Assembly (NCBI RefSeq): GCF_009914755.1
Contig: NC_060927.1
From: the human T2T-CHM13v2.0 reference genome, Homo sapiens
Direction: 5' to 3' (one strand)
Length of the DNA stretch: 64,000 nucleotides
A program made the translations under genes and the position numbers. Below the pieces are notes generated by a model. It was not told the DNA's origin and ran no database searches. It worked only from the letters and a program-made list of their open reading frames with translations. Shown in pieces: positions 25,500 to 38,852 of this stretch (positions within the stretch are counted from its first letter, which is position 1; every line of letters starts with the position of its first letter).

Positions 25500-26363
25500 T
25501 TTATGTATATATTTATTTTAAATTTCCATTTTTATTTTAGATCCAGGGGGTATATGCGCAGGTTTGTTACCGGGGTATATTATGTGATGCTGAGATTTCG
25601 GCTTCTATTGATCCCATCAGTGAGGCACTAAACATAGTTCTCAAAAGGAAGTTTTTCAGTCCTTGCCACCCTCCCTCTCTTCCTCCCTCCTTTCAGAATC
25701 TCCAATGTCTATTGTTCTCATCTTTGTCTGTGTGAACCCAAGATTTAGCTCCCACTTTTAAGTGAGAACATACAATATTTGATTTTCTGTTTCTGTGTTA
25801 ATTAGCTCAGGATAATGTCCTCCAGCTGTATCCACGTTGCTGCAAAGGACATGATTTCATTGTTTTTAAGACTGAGTACTAGTCCATTATGTATATGTAC
25901 CACATTTTCTTCATCCAGTTTACCATTGATGAGCACCTAGGTTGATTCAATGTCTTTGCTATTATAAATAGTGCTACAGTGAACATATATATGCATGTGT
26001 CTTTATGATAGAATTTATATTCCTTTGTGTATATACACAGTAATGGGATTGCTGGGTCAAATGGTAGTTATATTTTTAGTTCTTTGAGAAATTTCCAAAC
26101 TGCTTTCCACAAAGGTTGAACTAATTTGCATTCCCACCAAAAAGCATATAAGCATTCCCTTTTCTCTGTATCCTCACCAACATCTGTTATTCTTTAACTT
26201 CTTAATATTAGCCATTTTGACTGGTGAGACAGAGTATCTCATTGTGCTTTTGATCTGCATTTCTGTAATGATTAGTGATGTTAAACGTTTTTTTATCTGT
26301 TTGTTGGCTGCTTTCTTCTTTTGAGATGTGTCTGTTCTTGTTCTTTGCCCACTTTTTAATGGG
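25500..26363 (-). mobile_element. 5'-truncated L1P (old L1PA/L1PB) 3' UTR and ORF2 end
   Basis: 'ctcccactttta agtgagaacatacaatattt', 'taatgggattgctgggtcaaatggtag', with a T-rich tail on the left. Confidence 0.88.
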
Positions 26364-29300
26364 CCAACAGTTGTTTTAAATGCAAGATTTCAAGTGAATC
26401 CTTGAATATTACTAGACTCAATTGAAGCCCTTGGACATGTCCTGAAGAGTTCAAATTAGAATTTATTCCGAGCAGACACTGAGTTCTCCTCATCACTCTA
26501 GGGTTTAGATCTGTGTTTTAACATCCTTGTTGGCACTGGAATCCCTGGCTTCCTGCTTCCTTGGAGCTGCCTTAGAGGCAAGAGTCCCCTGGAGTACAAA
26601 CAGGGACACCACAAGCATGACATTGCTCTGCCATTTGCACCACCAGCTTCCCTTTGGGAAAATCCAAGAAGAATAAAGTAAACAAAGATATCCTGATTCT
26701 TGGAGCCAGTCAGGTGATGCCCTAAAAGATGAGACTGGTTGCAGGCAAAGGACTACCTGATCTATAGACTCTTCATTGACCCTCCAGCTACTTGTGCAGT
26801 GTTGAGTATATTACAGCTATCCAACATAGCTTGCTAAATACTCTATCAGATCTTTTATTCCATACACACATAGAATATATGCATGTATATATTACGATTA
26901 TAAGAAAAAAACCAGTGGTGATATTATCTGCTTTTGCCAAATAAGAATGTACAAACTCTACAGCAATTTGTGACCAAGAATACCATAGCCAGCATTCTCA
27001 TTTCCCCTCACCACCAGCCCCACAACAATCATACAGAGCATGAAACTTTTAATACACCAGCCAATGACATCTACTTCTTTCCATGGGGAATACACTATAA
27101 TAGAAATAAATCACCTCCAGCCATTCCCATGTAAGTGAATTGCACTGAAGATATGATCACCATAAAGCTTTTGATCTAAGTGTTAAACAGCAACGGTTAT
27201 AAAGCATAACGTGAGATTTTCCTTCTCTCACTTTTCTAAGTATTGACTCAAATTACCCAGTCAGGACTTGGAGCGTGTACTCTGCATTATGTATGGAGGA
27301 GAAATATTGACAGTAAGCACACTTAACTAAGCCCACCCCGTGCTCTGAGGTTAAAACTAGAGAGTATCTGTGATCGATTCCCTCAAGGAGCCATTACAAA
27401 GCCGATGTGTACAAGACTCTAGTCTCCATATGAGCCCCACAACACGCTTATTAAGTGAAAAACAACAACAACAACAACAAACACTGGACTAATGCCTAAA
27501 AAGTAGCTAGGTACAAAGAGAACCTGATCTGAAAAATATTTTAACCTCTGATCTGCAGTGTTCTTTTTTGTTTTTGTTTTTGTCCTGTGGCTTTTTAGTT
27601 AAGAGCTTTGACAGATAAGCACTGATAGTCATCTTTCTTCAACTAAGTAGATGTGTTTTTCCTTAGGCTTTGTTTTGTAGTCACAATTGAGGATTCCCAT
27701 TTATCTCATGCTATTTATACATAAGTCTTTGCACCCCACACAGCTTATGGTGAAGTAGTAGAGGGTAGAGAAGCAGTGGTATAGGATTAAATTTTAGGCC
27801 CCAAGCAAAGCAAAACTCCATAAAAAAGCCACTCTTCCCAACTGTGTATTCTTGGCATAAACACAGGACCATTTCCTGCCTTGATCCAGGAAACACTGCA
27901 AAATTTTGGTGCAGCACATAAATTGTGAGCACAAACTCAGGCCCATTGAATTTTTTTCTGCAAAATACCTTCAGATTTTAGTATTTCTTACAAAAGTAAT
28001 TACAACCTCCAACTACAGATATAGCTCTGCTCACTCTTGTTGAGTATTTATTTCCCTGGTTAGTGTTACCACTGTGCCAGGCCCTGAGTTCAAATTGCAT
28101 TGCCATGAAGTGTTCTTCTGTCAGTTATCATAGAACATAGTGTTAATGAGGTCAGAAGCTGCTGCAGGTATGACATAATAACAGTGATGAGATCATTTAA
28201 AGACTCAGGTGTGACACAGTTAGCAGGTCTGGATTCCTTATGTCACTGACAATATAGCCAGGCTATACCCAAGCCAGTTTCTGGTTTGGCTTGCTATATG
28301 ATGTTATTTTGGCTGTGTTCTAAAAACCTTTTAAAAGTTAAGCCAATGTTTGGAATTCATTGTGCTTTCAATTTTGTGTATTTAACAGTATACCTGTAAT
28401 TTCAAATGAGAGAATCCCAACTCAAAATAGCTTAGAAAAAAAATCTCAGCATTAAAAACCCAAAGATAGATTCAGGATCAACTACAGCTGATTGCAGCTT
28501 TTGAAATGATTCATAGTCCCTCATTTTCTTTCTTCTCCCACCCCACTACCCCATCTCTCAGCTTTGCTTTTGTCACCATTGACTTCATTCGTAGGCTCAT
28601 TATCCTTCCATGCAGAGGGAAAGATTGTTACATGCGGCTCCAGGAAGCATTTTCACCTCATAGCTTTCATAAATGTCCTGGTGAGGACTCTGAGACATCA
28701 GACATCAAGCTGGGTCACATGACCACACCTGAATCAATCACTGCGATTGGAGTGGGGCTTAAGTTTTCCTAATTGACTAATTCTGAGTCAAATACCTACT
28801 CCTGGATTTATACAGGTAAGCAGGGGTTATGAGAGAATCGGATATAATGATTTCTCAAAGAAAGTGATGATTGACAGGCAAAAAATTACATTTCACTTTA
28901 CTGGCCACAATCAATCAGTTTATCACCATCCAAGGCTCAACCTAGTTTTATATCCCAAGCTATACTTTATACAGGTTTTCTCTTATGTAGATGAATGTAC
29001 AGTCTCCTTGTTTTTCAGTTGTACATTGAAGTAGTCTGCATGTTTTCAGGTTCTGGTGTATAGACACTACTAAAGAAGCCTTTTGTCTATAGATATCCCT
29101 GGTGAAATATCTCAAGGGTTTATAACATTTACATTCTTCTTGAGCTCAAAAGATTTCCATTCACAGAGGGAATGTGTTCTGGTGCTGTCCTTTAAGCTTC
29201 TTGTGGCTTGCAGTGTAGTGGTGTAAATACTAGCATACTAATACATCTATTGCGTCTGTGTTCCACTTTACCAATTATGGGGACAAGGCAGGTGGGGCAT

Positions 29301-30833
29301 CAATAGTGCTGGATGAAAGCCCATCAGGTGGTGTTGGTGAGTTTTTTGGGGCAACTCAGCTTGCATGAGAGTTACACTTTTCTACATCTACTAAAGGTTC
29401 CTGAAATTTAAAGCAAATTGATAGAGTTGATTTTAATCCTTCTATTTTCCTGCAATTGGAGTTTATGGAAAATCACATACTAAACTGTAGCTAATAGCAT
29501 TCTGTTATCCCATGGGTTTCTGATTGGTGATGGTCTACAGAAATCTACGAGGATGCTAACCAGAATTTACCTAATATCCAGTACTGGACATGATCTCAAT
29601 CAAATTAATTCACTTCACCAAGACAATCAGACATTGCTTTGGTCTTGGTGGTTACAATAAAAAATGTAAAGTTGTTCTAATATTAAATGCCTTCAGCTTC
29701 TGGAAAAATTTGACAACCTTTTCCTATTTATGAACCCAGGTGCTAAGAGATAGTTCTATTTCCATGGAAACAAATACCTTAATGTTTTTTTAACTGACAT
29801 TTAAATTGAGATAGGTAGGGCCATGCATGTCTATGGTCCTTACCAAGAAGTCTCAAAGTGCACATATGTAGCCTAACTTCTTTGTAATCCCATAGATCAA
29901 GCTGCATCTAGGGTTACTCCTACCATTCTACACTTATGCCCAAGAAGACTGATGAGAAAAGAAACTAGAAATACGTCCTAGGTCTTTGCTAATATAGATA
30001 GATCATTTTTCTTATTTCAAAGGCCTCTCTACACAGTACTTTTTCCTCCAGGCTGTTCTCTCCCTTGTATACTAGCTCTTCCTCAATCACCTTTTAAATC
30101 ATGTAACTAGGGCAGAATTCTTGCCCTGCAAGTGCTATATACTAACCACATAGATGATGCTACTGCATTTGCCACTACAGTTACAGATAGGAATTGTTAA
30201 GCTCATGGGTAAATACAATGAGATATAAAGGGCATGACTCTATTACCAACATCAAATGAGCAGAAAGTCTTTATGCACACAAGTTAGCTTGTATCTTTCT
30301 CTTCAAACCTATAAGAAGCACAATAGTGGTTCTTGTGATATTTACAGATTCAGCCGATTGGCTGTCTACATGAGAGTCATAGTTGCCAATTGCAGTGCTT
30401 TTGCCATTTATAATTCATCTAGATACAACTACTAATTAGCTACTGTTGGTAAACTTAGATGTGTTCACAAGTCAATGCCTTACTGGTCTGGTTCTTCTTA
30501 TTTGCTGATTTTTATAGTTACAGACATATCAAAAAAAAAACATCATTTGGATGGTTTCTATTCAAGAAGCTAAATATTCCTCAATTAGAGTATCTAATGA
30601 GAAAAGCCAGTTTAACACTAAATGCAGTCATCCTATTTGGGAACTGGCATATTTGGGTAAATAGAAATGTTTCATACACCTGTATCTCTGCCACCAGATG
30701 TTGGTGACTGAAGTCTCAATGTAACAAAAATGTTGATGCCTGATTAGGGAAAATTACTCAATTTTAAATGATTTCATTGAGACTTTAGTTTATGACAGAT
30801 ACTTTAAATCAACTGCCCAAATTCCCCCCACCC

Positions 30834-30835
<2 letters not shown>

Positions 30836-30866
<31 letters not shown>
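30836..30866. repeat. Poly(T) tract, 31 nt
   Basis: Seen directly. Confidence 0.95.
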
Positions 30867-30869
<3 letters not shown>

Positions 30870-31107
30870 AAAAATCCTAAATTAAATTCAGAGCAATATT
30901 GTACTTAGGTAAAAACTTTATTTTTTTCACTCCCTTTTGCACCAACAGGTGGCCCCAGTACTTTGCTATAATCAATGGGTAGAAGTGACAATCTGCTGAA
31001 GTTTTCTGGAAAAGCTTTTGATTTACTGATGAAAGAAGGCAAACATCTCTGTATTTGATAGATTCATTAGAAAAAGTGGCTGTCATACCCTTCACTTCCC
31101 CCCACCC

Positions 31108-31158
31108 TTTTTTTTTTCTTGTTAGAGACAGGGTCTCTTTCTGTTGCTCAGACTGGCA
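31108..31158 (-). mobile_element. Severely 5'-truncated Alu 3' end, within an old LTR-like relic (~30960-31411)
   Basis: T-tract followed by 'agagacagggtctctttctgttgctcagactgg'. Confidence 0.7.
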
Positions 31159-33789
31159 CATACCCCTGCGCTTCTTTCCATCTTGAATGGAATCTGATAC
31201 TGAGGGTTGAGGACACCATTTTATACTCATAAAGGAAAGTCAAATAATATTGCAGATGTGCTAGAACTGGCAGCAAGGAGATACAGGGGCCAGAGCTACA
31301 GCCTCCTACATCTAGCCTTCCTGATTTACAAGAAAAAAAATAAAACCTATTTTAAACATCACTACAAAATGAGTATTCTGTTACTTGCCGTTGAACACAT
31401 CAAACTGACACATGGACCTGACTTTCTTTCATTCTGATCAAAAGCACAACAAAAGTCTCTAATCACCAGGTAAAAGAATACAACACCAGGCACAATGACC
31501 ACAAAACAGCTTCTGAAGTTCCATTTAAACCCATTATAACTACATGACCACTCAAGTTATAGTTTTCAGCTGAGTTTTCTGATATACATTGCAAAGTTGG
31601 GGATTGCTTATTTAATACAAGCTATAATTAGCCTCTATTTCTAAGTAAAACAAACTAAGGGTGAGAGAGGACAAGCACTGTTTCACAGGACAGCGAATAA
31701 ATGGCTAAATGAAACTCAAGCTCAAATTTTCTGGTTCCAACTAGCTTTTCTCTATAATACACTGCACATGTGTCAAAGAGAAATAATAAAGATAATGTAT
31801 TCCAGACTTCAATACCACAAGTAGAAAATTTTGCCTCTCCAAACCTGTGTCATAAGGTCATGTCAAATTGTCAAAATAAGAGAGTTGGGTCTACGTAGGG
31901 GTGTGCGTGTGTATGTGTTTGAGTGGTAGGGACAGGCTTCTTAATTAGAGCTCTGGAATGTCTCTAAGAGTCTTGATGTTTTACGCTCTTTTCAGCAGTG
32001 TGACCCCTTCTACGTGTGAATCCTCTGCTCATTGGAGAGCTACTGAAAACACTATTGACTTTCCATTTAATTTATAACTTGAGCTAAAAATATTTTTGCA
32101 TGTTCTGTCTGTCATTTCCCTTTTTCTTTTCTTTTTGGCTATTTGTTACTAGAAAACTTAACTACATTATTGAATTCTAGGTAGGAGTTTGGAGAGCCAG
32201 CTTATGTAAATGTAATAAATAAATCAAGCTGAAGTACAGCACATTATAATTTTCTAGCATTTGTAACCAAAACTATCAAGTTATTAAAAAGCATTTATTG
32301 TGAACAGCAGTCGGCTATTGTAACGAGGTACCTCTGCTATGTGCAGAGAGTTTTACATTGTGATTCCTAATTTATACTACCTGTGTTGTACCCCAGAGAC
32401 AAGCGATGATTTCAGGACATTCACTGTGATGTGTCAACCCCATGGCTCTTCCAAAAAACAAATCATTAGAGGTGAAGTCATTTACGGTCATTTCTTATTT
32501 TTAGTGTGCTCATCTGACTCACAGGCAGATTTGGTGACTCTCAGCTACATATAATTTGGAGAATATACCCCCATTCTAAACTGGCCTTCATTCTCAGATG
32601 CTATCATGTTAGAAATGTCACCATTAGCTATTTAGGTCACAAAAGTTCCTGTGGAGCAAGAGTATGTCGTATAATTCTTTGTACTTTGGTATAACCTTCC
32701 CCACAGTGTCTGGCACAGTATAGGTCCTAAGCAATAGGAGAAAGCCTAAACAAGAGAAATGGAAAACAGAAAAGTAGAAACCAAAGATCAACCTCAGACT
32801 TCAAGTATTTTACAGTTTTGCCTATGGTTAACTCAGGCTAGAAAGAAACATAAAGGCAGCTTACTGAGCCATTCCCATGCTGTATTTTGCCTGAGGGAGT
32901 GCAAAATATAGATTTTCCCTTTGTAAGTCAGGGACCTCTGTGTGTCTGGCATTGACCTGAAGGCATAACAAGGCTGTCAAGGATAGTGTCTCTTTTGTAG
33001 AGCCATATTCCTTGAATAAAAGATAGAGAATGCCTGAAGGTAGGGTGATGAGAGTGAAGATGACACAGCTGCAACACACAGGAAAATATTTCAGTGGCAG
33101 GTGTTCCCCCATCAATCTAGTTAGTGCCACTTCTGGTCTACTTGGCCCTATTCCTATACCAAGAGAGAAAGCAGTGTGGCCAGAAGAGGAGTATCCTAGA
33201 GAATTAGCCAAATCCCAGTTTGAATGTTTAACCACTTACAGGGTTTCTTATGAGTACCACATGTACTGCACAGAAGCACATTAATGAGGCATTTCTACTG
33301 GTGATGTCACCCCAGATCTCCCTGCCATTTGAAGTGGATAGGAGATCTTCCATTCCTGTGTGAAGCATTTACATAGACTTGCATCTGCTGAAGAGCGGCC
33401 ATGTTGCTTCCCAAAAGCGGCAGCATGTCAGAGAACTAAGTCTAAAATAGAATATACCAGATCATCTGCATCACTCAATGAATAGTATGTGAATATAACT
33501 TGTAACACAATGTGGCTATGAATTTTTAACATGATTTCTCCAACACAGTGAGAGATATTGCATTGACATTTTAATAAATGTACAAAATGGATTAACCATT
33601 TCATGATCCATGTATGAAACATTAGTTTGTAGATTATTTTTGTAAAACTGAAACCTTTATAACTTTCCTTAAGACTTAGTTAGCTTCTAGGCCATTATTC
33701 CTGCCTCCTTTGTCTCCTTTTCTCTAATAGATTTCTATTCTTTAGCTGTAGAAATGTATATCAAAATCAGCTTTGACTACATAAAACTG

Positions 33790-34130
33790 CTTGGCGTTGT
33801 GTAAGTAATACATACTCACAGAATTATTGTAAGCATCAAATGGCATAAAGTATGTGAAAGTGTTTTGTAAAATTTAAATGTTATGCAAATGTGAGTGGTT
33901 ATTATTGCTGCTAACTTCTGTAACTGTGCACAGTGGTCATTAGGTAACAGGCACTGTGCTAAGTGCCTTGCATATATTATCTTGTTTAACATAATTCTCT
34001 CAATAATACTATCAAGTGAGTATTATTATCCTAGTTATGCAGAAGAGGAAAATAAGTCTTAAAGAAGTTAAGGAACTTGGCCAGTGTTATGCAGCTACTA
34101 AATGATGAAGAGGTAAAACCTGATGCCAAA
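33790..34130. mobile_element. Two oppositely oriented MIR fragments
   Basis: 'gtatgtgaaagtgttttgtaaa...ttattatt' on +, and 'gcagaagaggaaaataagtcttaaagaagttaaggaacttggcc' on -. Confidence 0.6.
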
Positions 34131-34639
34131 TCAATATAATGTCATATAATTAAGAACCAAATATAGATGAAATTTTGTATTAGTTGCCATTTGGGATTAT
34201 CATTACCACTTTTCTCTTCCAAAAGCATGATGAATGGAATTTTATTTAAATAAATTCTTTCTACCCTATGAAAGCTTCAGGAAAAGTCATCCTGTGACAA
34301 TTAAAAAAAGAATAATGGATATCCATCTACCACACACCCCTTGGGTGTGAGGGTAGGCTGGCCTGTTGGATCCTAGCCTGTGGGAGGGCCATCTAGAGCT
34401 CAAAATAGTGACATGACATCTTCAACCACCGCCCACCCTTCTTAAAAAAATAAACAAAAACAAAATTCCTCATATACTAGCTCTAGTGGTTTCAGGTAAA
34501 GGGCCTACCAAAAACTTACATTGCTCTATAGCTTATTACCACAGCTCTTCTCTTAGATCAGTAAATCACCTTCTCTCATCCATTTTATTCAATTACCTCT
34601 CCTCTCCCAATGTATCTGCTACTTATAGATTCAAAATAA

Positions 34640-35165
34640 GCATGAAATCACAAATGGTGAATTCCTCATCTTGGTCTACCATATCCAATATCCTTGTCTC
34701 CTTTTCTGACATCATCTCCTACCACTTTCTCTTCCTGCTGCCTACCCTCTGTACCCTGGTCTTAATTGTTGTTCTTCAAATGCACCAACCTCTTTCTAGC
34801 TTTAGGGCCTTTGTGTCTACACTCACACTATCTCAGTGGCAGCACCCTTAGTATCCAGGGCTCAATTCAGAAGATACTTCTTCAAGAGGCTTTCCCTGCA
34901 TAGCAAATCAAACCACTGCCCCCACCCTACCCCACCATGTCACTTTCTTATATATCCCCTTCTGTCGTTTTTCTTCATGGAATTTGTAACTCCTTAAAGC
35001 TACCCTATTCATTGTCTGTTTGTCAGTGTATTTTATTTGTCCTATTCTATGGCATATAAGCTTCATGAGAGCAGTGTTTCATTGACCACTACATCTCCCA
35101 CCATCTAGTTTCTACCTAAAACAGTGCTTCATAATTTTAGTGCTCAGTAAACATTTGTAAAATTT
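34640..35165. mobile_element. L2 3' fragment
   Basis: 'tataagcttcatgagagcag', 'gtgctcagtaaacatttg'. Confidence 0.65.
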
Positions 35166-38100
35166 AGTAGCAAACTGGTTCAACACCTAGCACTGATAAA
35201 GCAACAATTTTCTTGAATTATTGCAGTCTGAGACTGGCTGTATGTAATGTTATGCTATGTAAAGAAAAATTAAGTGGGAAATAGTACTAAATTCTGTCTC
35301 TCAGTTATTTTTGCCCACAAAAATCCCAGAACCCAGGATTCTGTATTCTCTTGGTAGCAGTGTACTGCATTATGGAGAGATTAGCTTTTGAACACCATCA
35401 ATAAACATCCCACACTCATTCCTTTAACAAAACTCAATGGAAAAATTTGAGGCCACAAAATAAGAAATAAAAATTCACAGCATAACCTACAGGGGAAAAT
35501 GTTTAAGGACTACGATCTTGAAGCCCTGTTAAAATAACTACATTTAATAACTTTAGAAATGAAAGGCTTGAAGTTACTCCAAGATCACAGCATTCTTGTT
35601 ATATCTTTCTCAACTAACAGTTGAGAAACTTAGGGTCAGATTCAAAGACTCAGGCTTAAATCTGAAAGAAGGAAAACAGTTGGTTAGGATGATATGTTCT
35701 CAAACGACACTCAAAGGGTTTGAGAAGAAAAAATACATGACAATTGAATCAGGCTGAAGAAAAAGTAAAAAAAAAGAAGTGGAGTCAAAGAAGGCAGAAA
35801 GAAAAATCAATGCTCTTAATAAGTTATGATCAAAATGAAGAATAAGTAATTTGAGTAACAATGCTTGAGGTCCCCAATGAGATATATGAAAAAAAAAAAG
35901 GAAGTTGTTAAGACTAAACATACTCATTTATATTGGTGATGACTTTCCTTTTCACACTGCATTCTCATTGTCTCCTCAATCTCTAGAATAATACATGGTG
36001 TAATCTTCATGGATTACTTTTTAAAGGATCCTGCTAGAATGGAATGTATCAGATGTGGCAGTGTCTCAGGTTCCTCTCAGCTCTACAATTGTCCAGCATT
36101 TGGAAACATCTAACCTCTGAAAAATCCATAGCAAGAGTTGTATGTATTTCACAATCGCATCATCTTTCTCAAAGAGTAATCATGTTAAAATTATTTCTGG
36201 GACAATTATAACATAAATGTACACACGCGTTTACACACACACACAGTCATACCCTAGAAGTCATATGTACATATGAAAACTCCAGTAGGTGGTTATGGGG
36301 TATTATATTGATGGTGGCCTGAGATGGATGCATATTTCTAATGGCTTTTTAAAATTATTATCTTGTAACTTCAAAAAGGACTTTTCAGGGGAAAGCTCTG
36401 CCATCAAACAGATTAAAGTGTCTCTTTTCAGAAAAGCCTTTGCAAGACTGGCAAATAGTGCACATAATATATATCTGGGCACAAACTGATTCTCTTGAAG
36501 GAAGAACCTTGTGGTACATGTCCCATATCTACCTTTCAAAGACCATGACAGAGTAAATAAAATGAAATCCTTAAAGTTATCTTAGCTGCTGGTGACATCA
36601 CAAATACGAGGCAATATATAATTTGTCTGGTCAGGATTGTTAATCCTCATCATCCGTACAAGATGTAAAGGGAGTTCTCACCAGAGTGGAGGCCCCTTGG
36701 AGGTGCAGAGAGCCATCTGGTTCCTTAGGTTGAGTTAAAAAAAAAAAAAAAAAAAGCAGATTTGGGGCTGAAAGGGAAAAGAGCCACTGAAGAAGAATGA
36801 CCTGGGAATCTGCTCAAGCTATGAGGCATTTGTACACTTGTGTTCTTCTGGGGCCCTCCACTGGACTATAATAATTCAGGGTAAACAAATGGGGAAGCAC
36901 ACACATGCCCACAAATCACTGTGCTAAAAGGCAAAAAAGGAATTGAGAGACAAGAAATACAAAAGGCAGCCGATCTAATGTGAAAAGAAGAGATTTTAGA
37001 GGTCCATCCAAACAGGGATATTTAAAGTAATGAAATAAGAGATCTCCATCTACCTTGCTGCAAGCCAACAATTTAAGGACTCATTCCTTGGAAATTTAGC
37101 CCTTTCTTTATTTTCCTGGGGCATTCTCCTGTATAGTAAAGAATTCATAAAAGTCCATCATTTTTTAAATTCTAATTTTGAAATAATTTCAAACTTGTAA
37201 TGGTTGCTCAATTAGTATAGAGGACTTCTGTATACCCTTTCCCAGTTTCATCAATTTGTATTATTTTGCTGCCTTTGTTCTTTTTGTCATTAAATTATAT
37301 AATTTAATATTAAAATAAATATTATAATATTAAATGCATATACATATGTACATTTCAAATTCAAGAAAATTAACCTTGATGCAATGCCTGTCTAATCTAC
37401 ATCTTATCTACCAATTTTTTCAAATGACCCAGTTCTGCCCTTTGTAGCATTTTTTTCCCTTCAGTATAAGATCCAGCAGTTCATGGTCATTCTTTGCATT
37501 TAGTTGTCACATCTGATGTTTCCTTTTAATTCTATTCAAGTAATATATGCCCAGGTGGAATATGACATAAGTGATATATTCTTTCTATGGTATCACATCT
37601 GAAGGCATCTTATTCATCTCCCAGTTATTAGTGATGTTAATTTGGATTCCCAGGTCAAAGTGTTGTCCAATTTCTCCACTGTATAGTAACTACTTTGCCC
37701 CTTGCAGCTAATAAGCAATCTGGGGGGAAATAGTTTAAATTATACAAATGCACTGTTCCTCACCAAGTTTTTCTTCCTAGACTTAGTATCCATGAATGAT
37801 TCTTGCCTATAGCAATTTGTTCTGTGATGGTTGCAAAATGATGTTTTTCCAATTCCACTATTCTTTTCACATTTATCAGTTGCTAGTCTACTGTTAGGAA
37901 GAGCCTTCCCCTATTCCCCATTTATTTATTTGTTTATTGTTTATCAGTATGCACTCATGAACTCCTGTTACTCACTGTGTTTTAACCCATTATACTCCTT
38001 AAATTTTGATGAAGGTATTACCTACATGCATGCAAGCTGGCTTCTGTGTCCTTTTAACACACCTCTTTGGGATTTTTATTTGTTCGGGGTTTTTTGTTTT

Positions 38101-38195
38101 TGTTTTTGTCTTGAGTACTTCCTGAACAATAAGCTGTTCCAGACTCATACTTCTGATAGAAACAGGGGGCAGAGAAATTCTAGGTGGAAAGACAG

Positions 38196-38852
38196 TGAGA
38201 GGTGAAGCCAGCTGGACTCTCTGGGTCAAGTGGGGACTTGGAGAACTTTTCTGTCTTACTAGAGGTTTGTAAAAGGCACCAATCAGTACTCTGTAAGAAC
38301 GCAACAATCGGTGTTCTATAGCTAGCTAGAGGTTTGTAAAATGCACCAATCAGTGCTCTGTAAGAACGCACCAGTCAGCACTCTGTAGCTAGCTAGAGGT
38401 TTGTAAAATGCACCAATCAGTGCTCTATAAGAACGCACCAATCTGCACTGTGTAGCTAGCTACAGGTTTGTAAAATGCACCAATCAGTGCTCTGTAAGAA
38501 CACACCATTCAGCACTCTGTAGCTAGCTAGAAGTTTGTAAAATGGACCAATCATCGCTCTGTAAAATGGACCAATAAGCACTCTGGAAAATGGACCAATC
38601 AGCAGGACATTGGCGGGGATAAACAAGGGAATAAAAAGCTGGCCACCCCAGCTAGCATCGGTAACCCACTCTGGTCCCCTTCAAAGATGTGGAAGCTTTG
38701 TTCTTTCACTCTTCACAATAAATCTTGCTGCTTCTCACTGTTTGGGTCCATGCCATCTTTAAGAGCTGTAACACTCACTGTGAAGGTCTACGGCTCCATT
38801 CTTGAAGGCAGCAAGACCACGAACCCACCAGAAGGAACAAACTCTGGACACA
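38196..38852 (+). mobile_element. LTR12 (ERV9) solo LTR
   Basis: Starts TGAGAGGTGAAGCCAGCTGG and ends ACTCTGGACACA. TSD ACAG at 38192-38195 and 38853-38856. Contains tandem GCACCAATCAG repeats. Confidence 0.93.
38259..38605 (+). repeat. 67-bp tandem repeat (units start 38259, 38326, 38393, 38460, 38527), then ~24-bp units, rich in CCAAT
   Basis: Unit 'ctagaggtttgtaaaatgcaccaatcagtgctctgtaagaacgcaccaatcagcactctgtagctag'. Confidence 0.92.

Noticed and set aside
38259-38605. CRISPR-like repeat array
   Set aside because: The units are contiguous tandem copies with no unique spacers, inside a eukaryotic LTR12. No cas genes are present.
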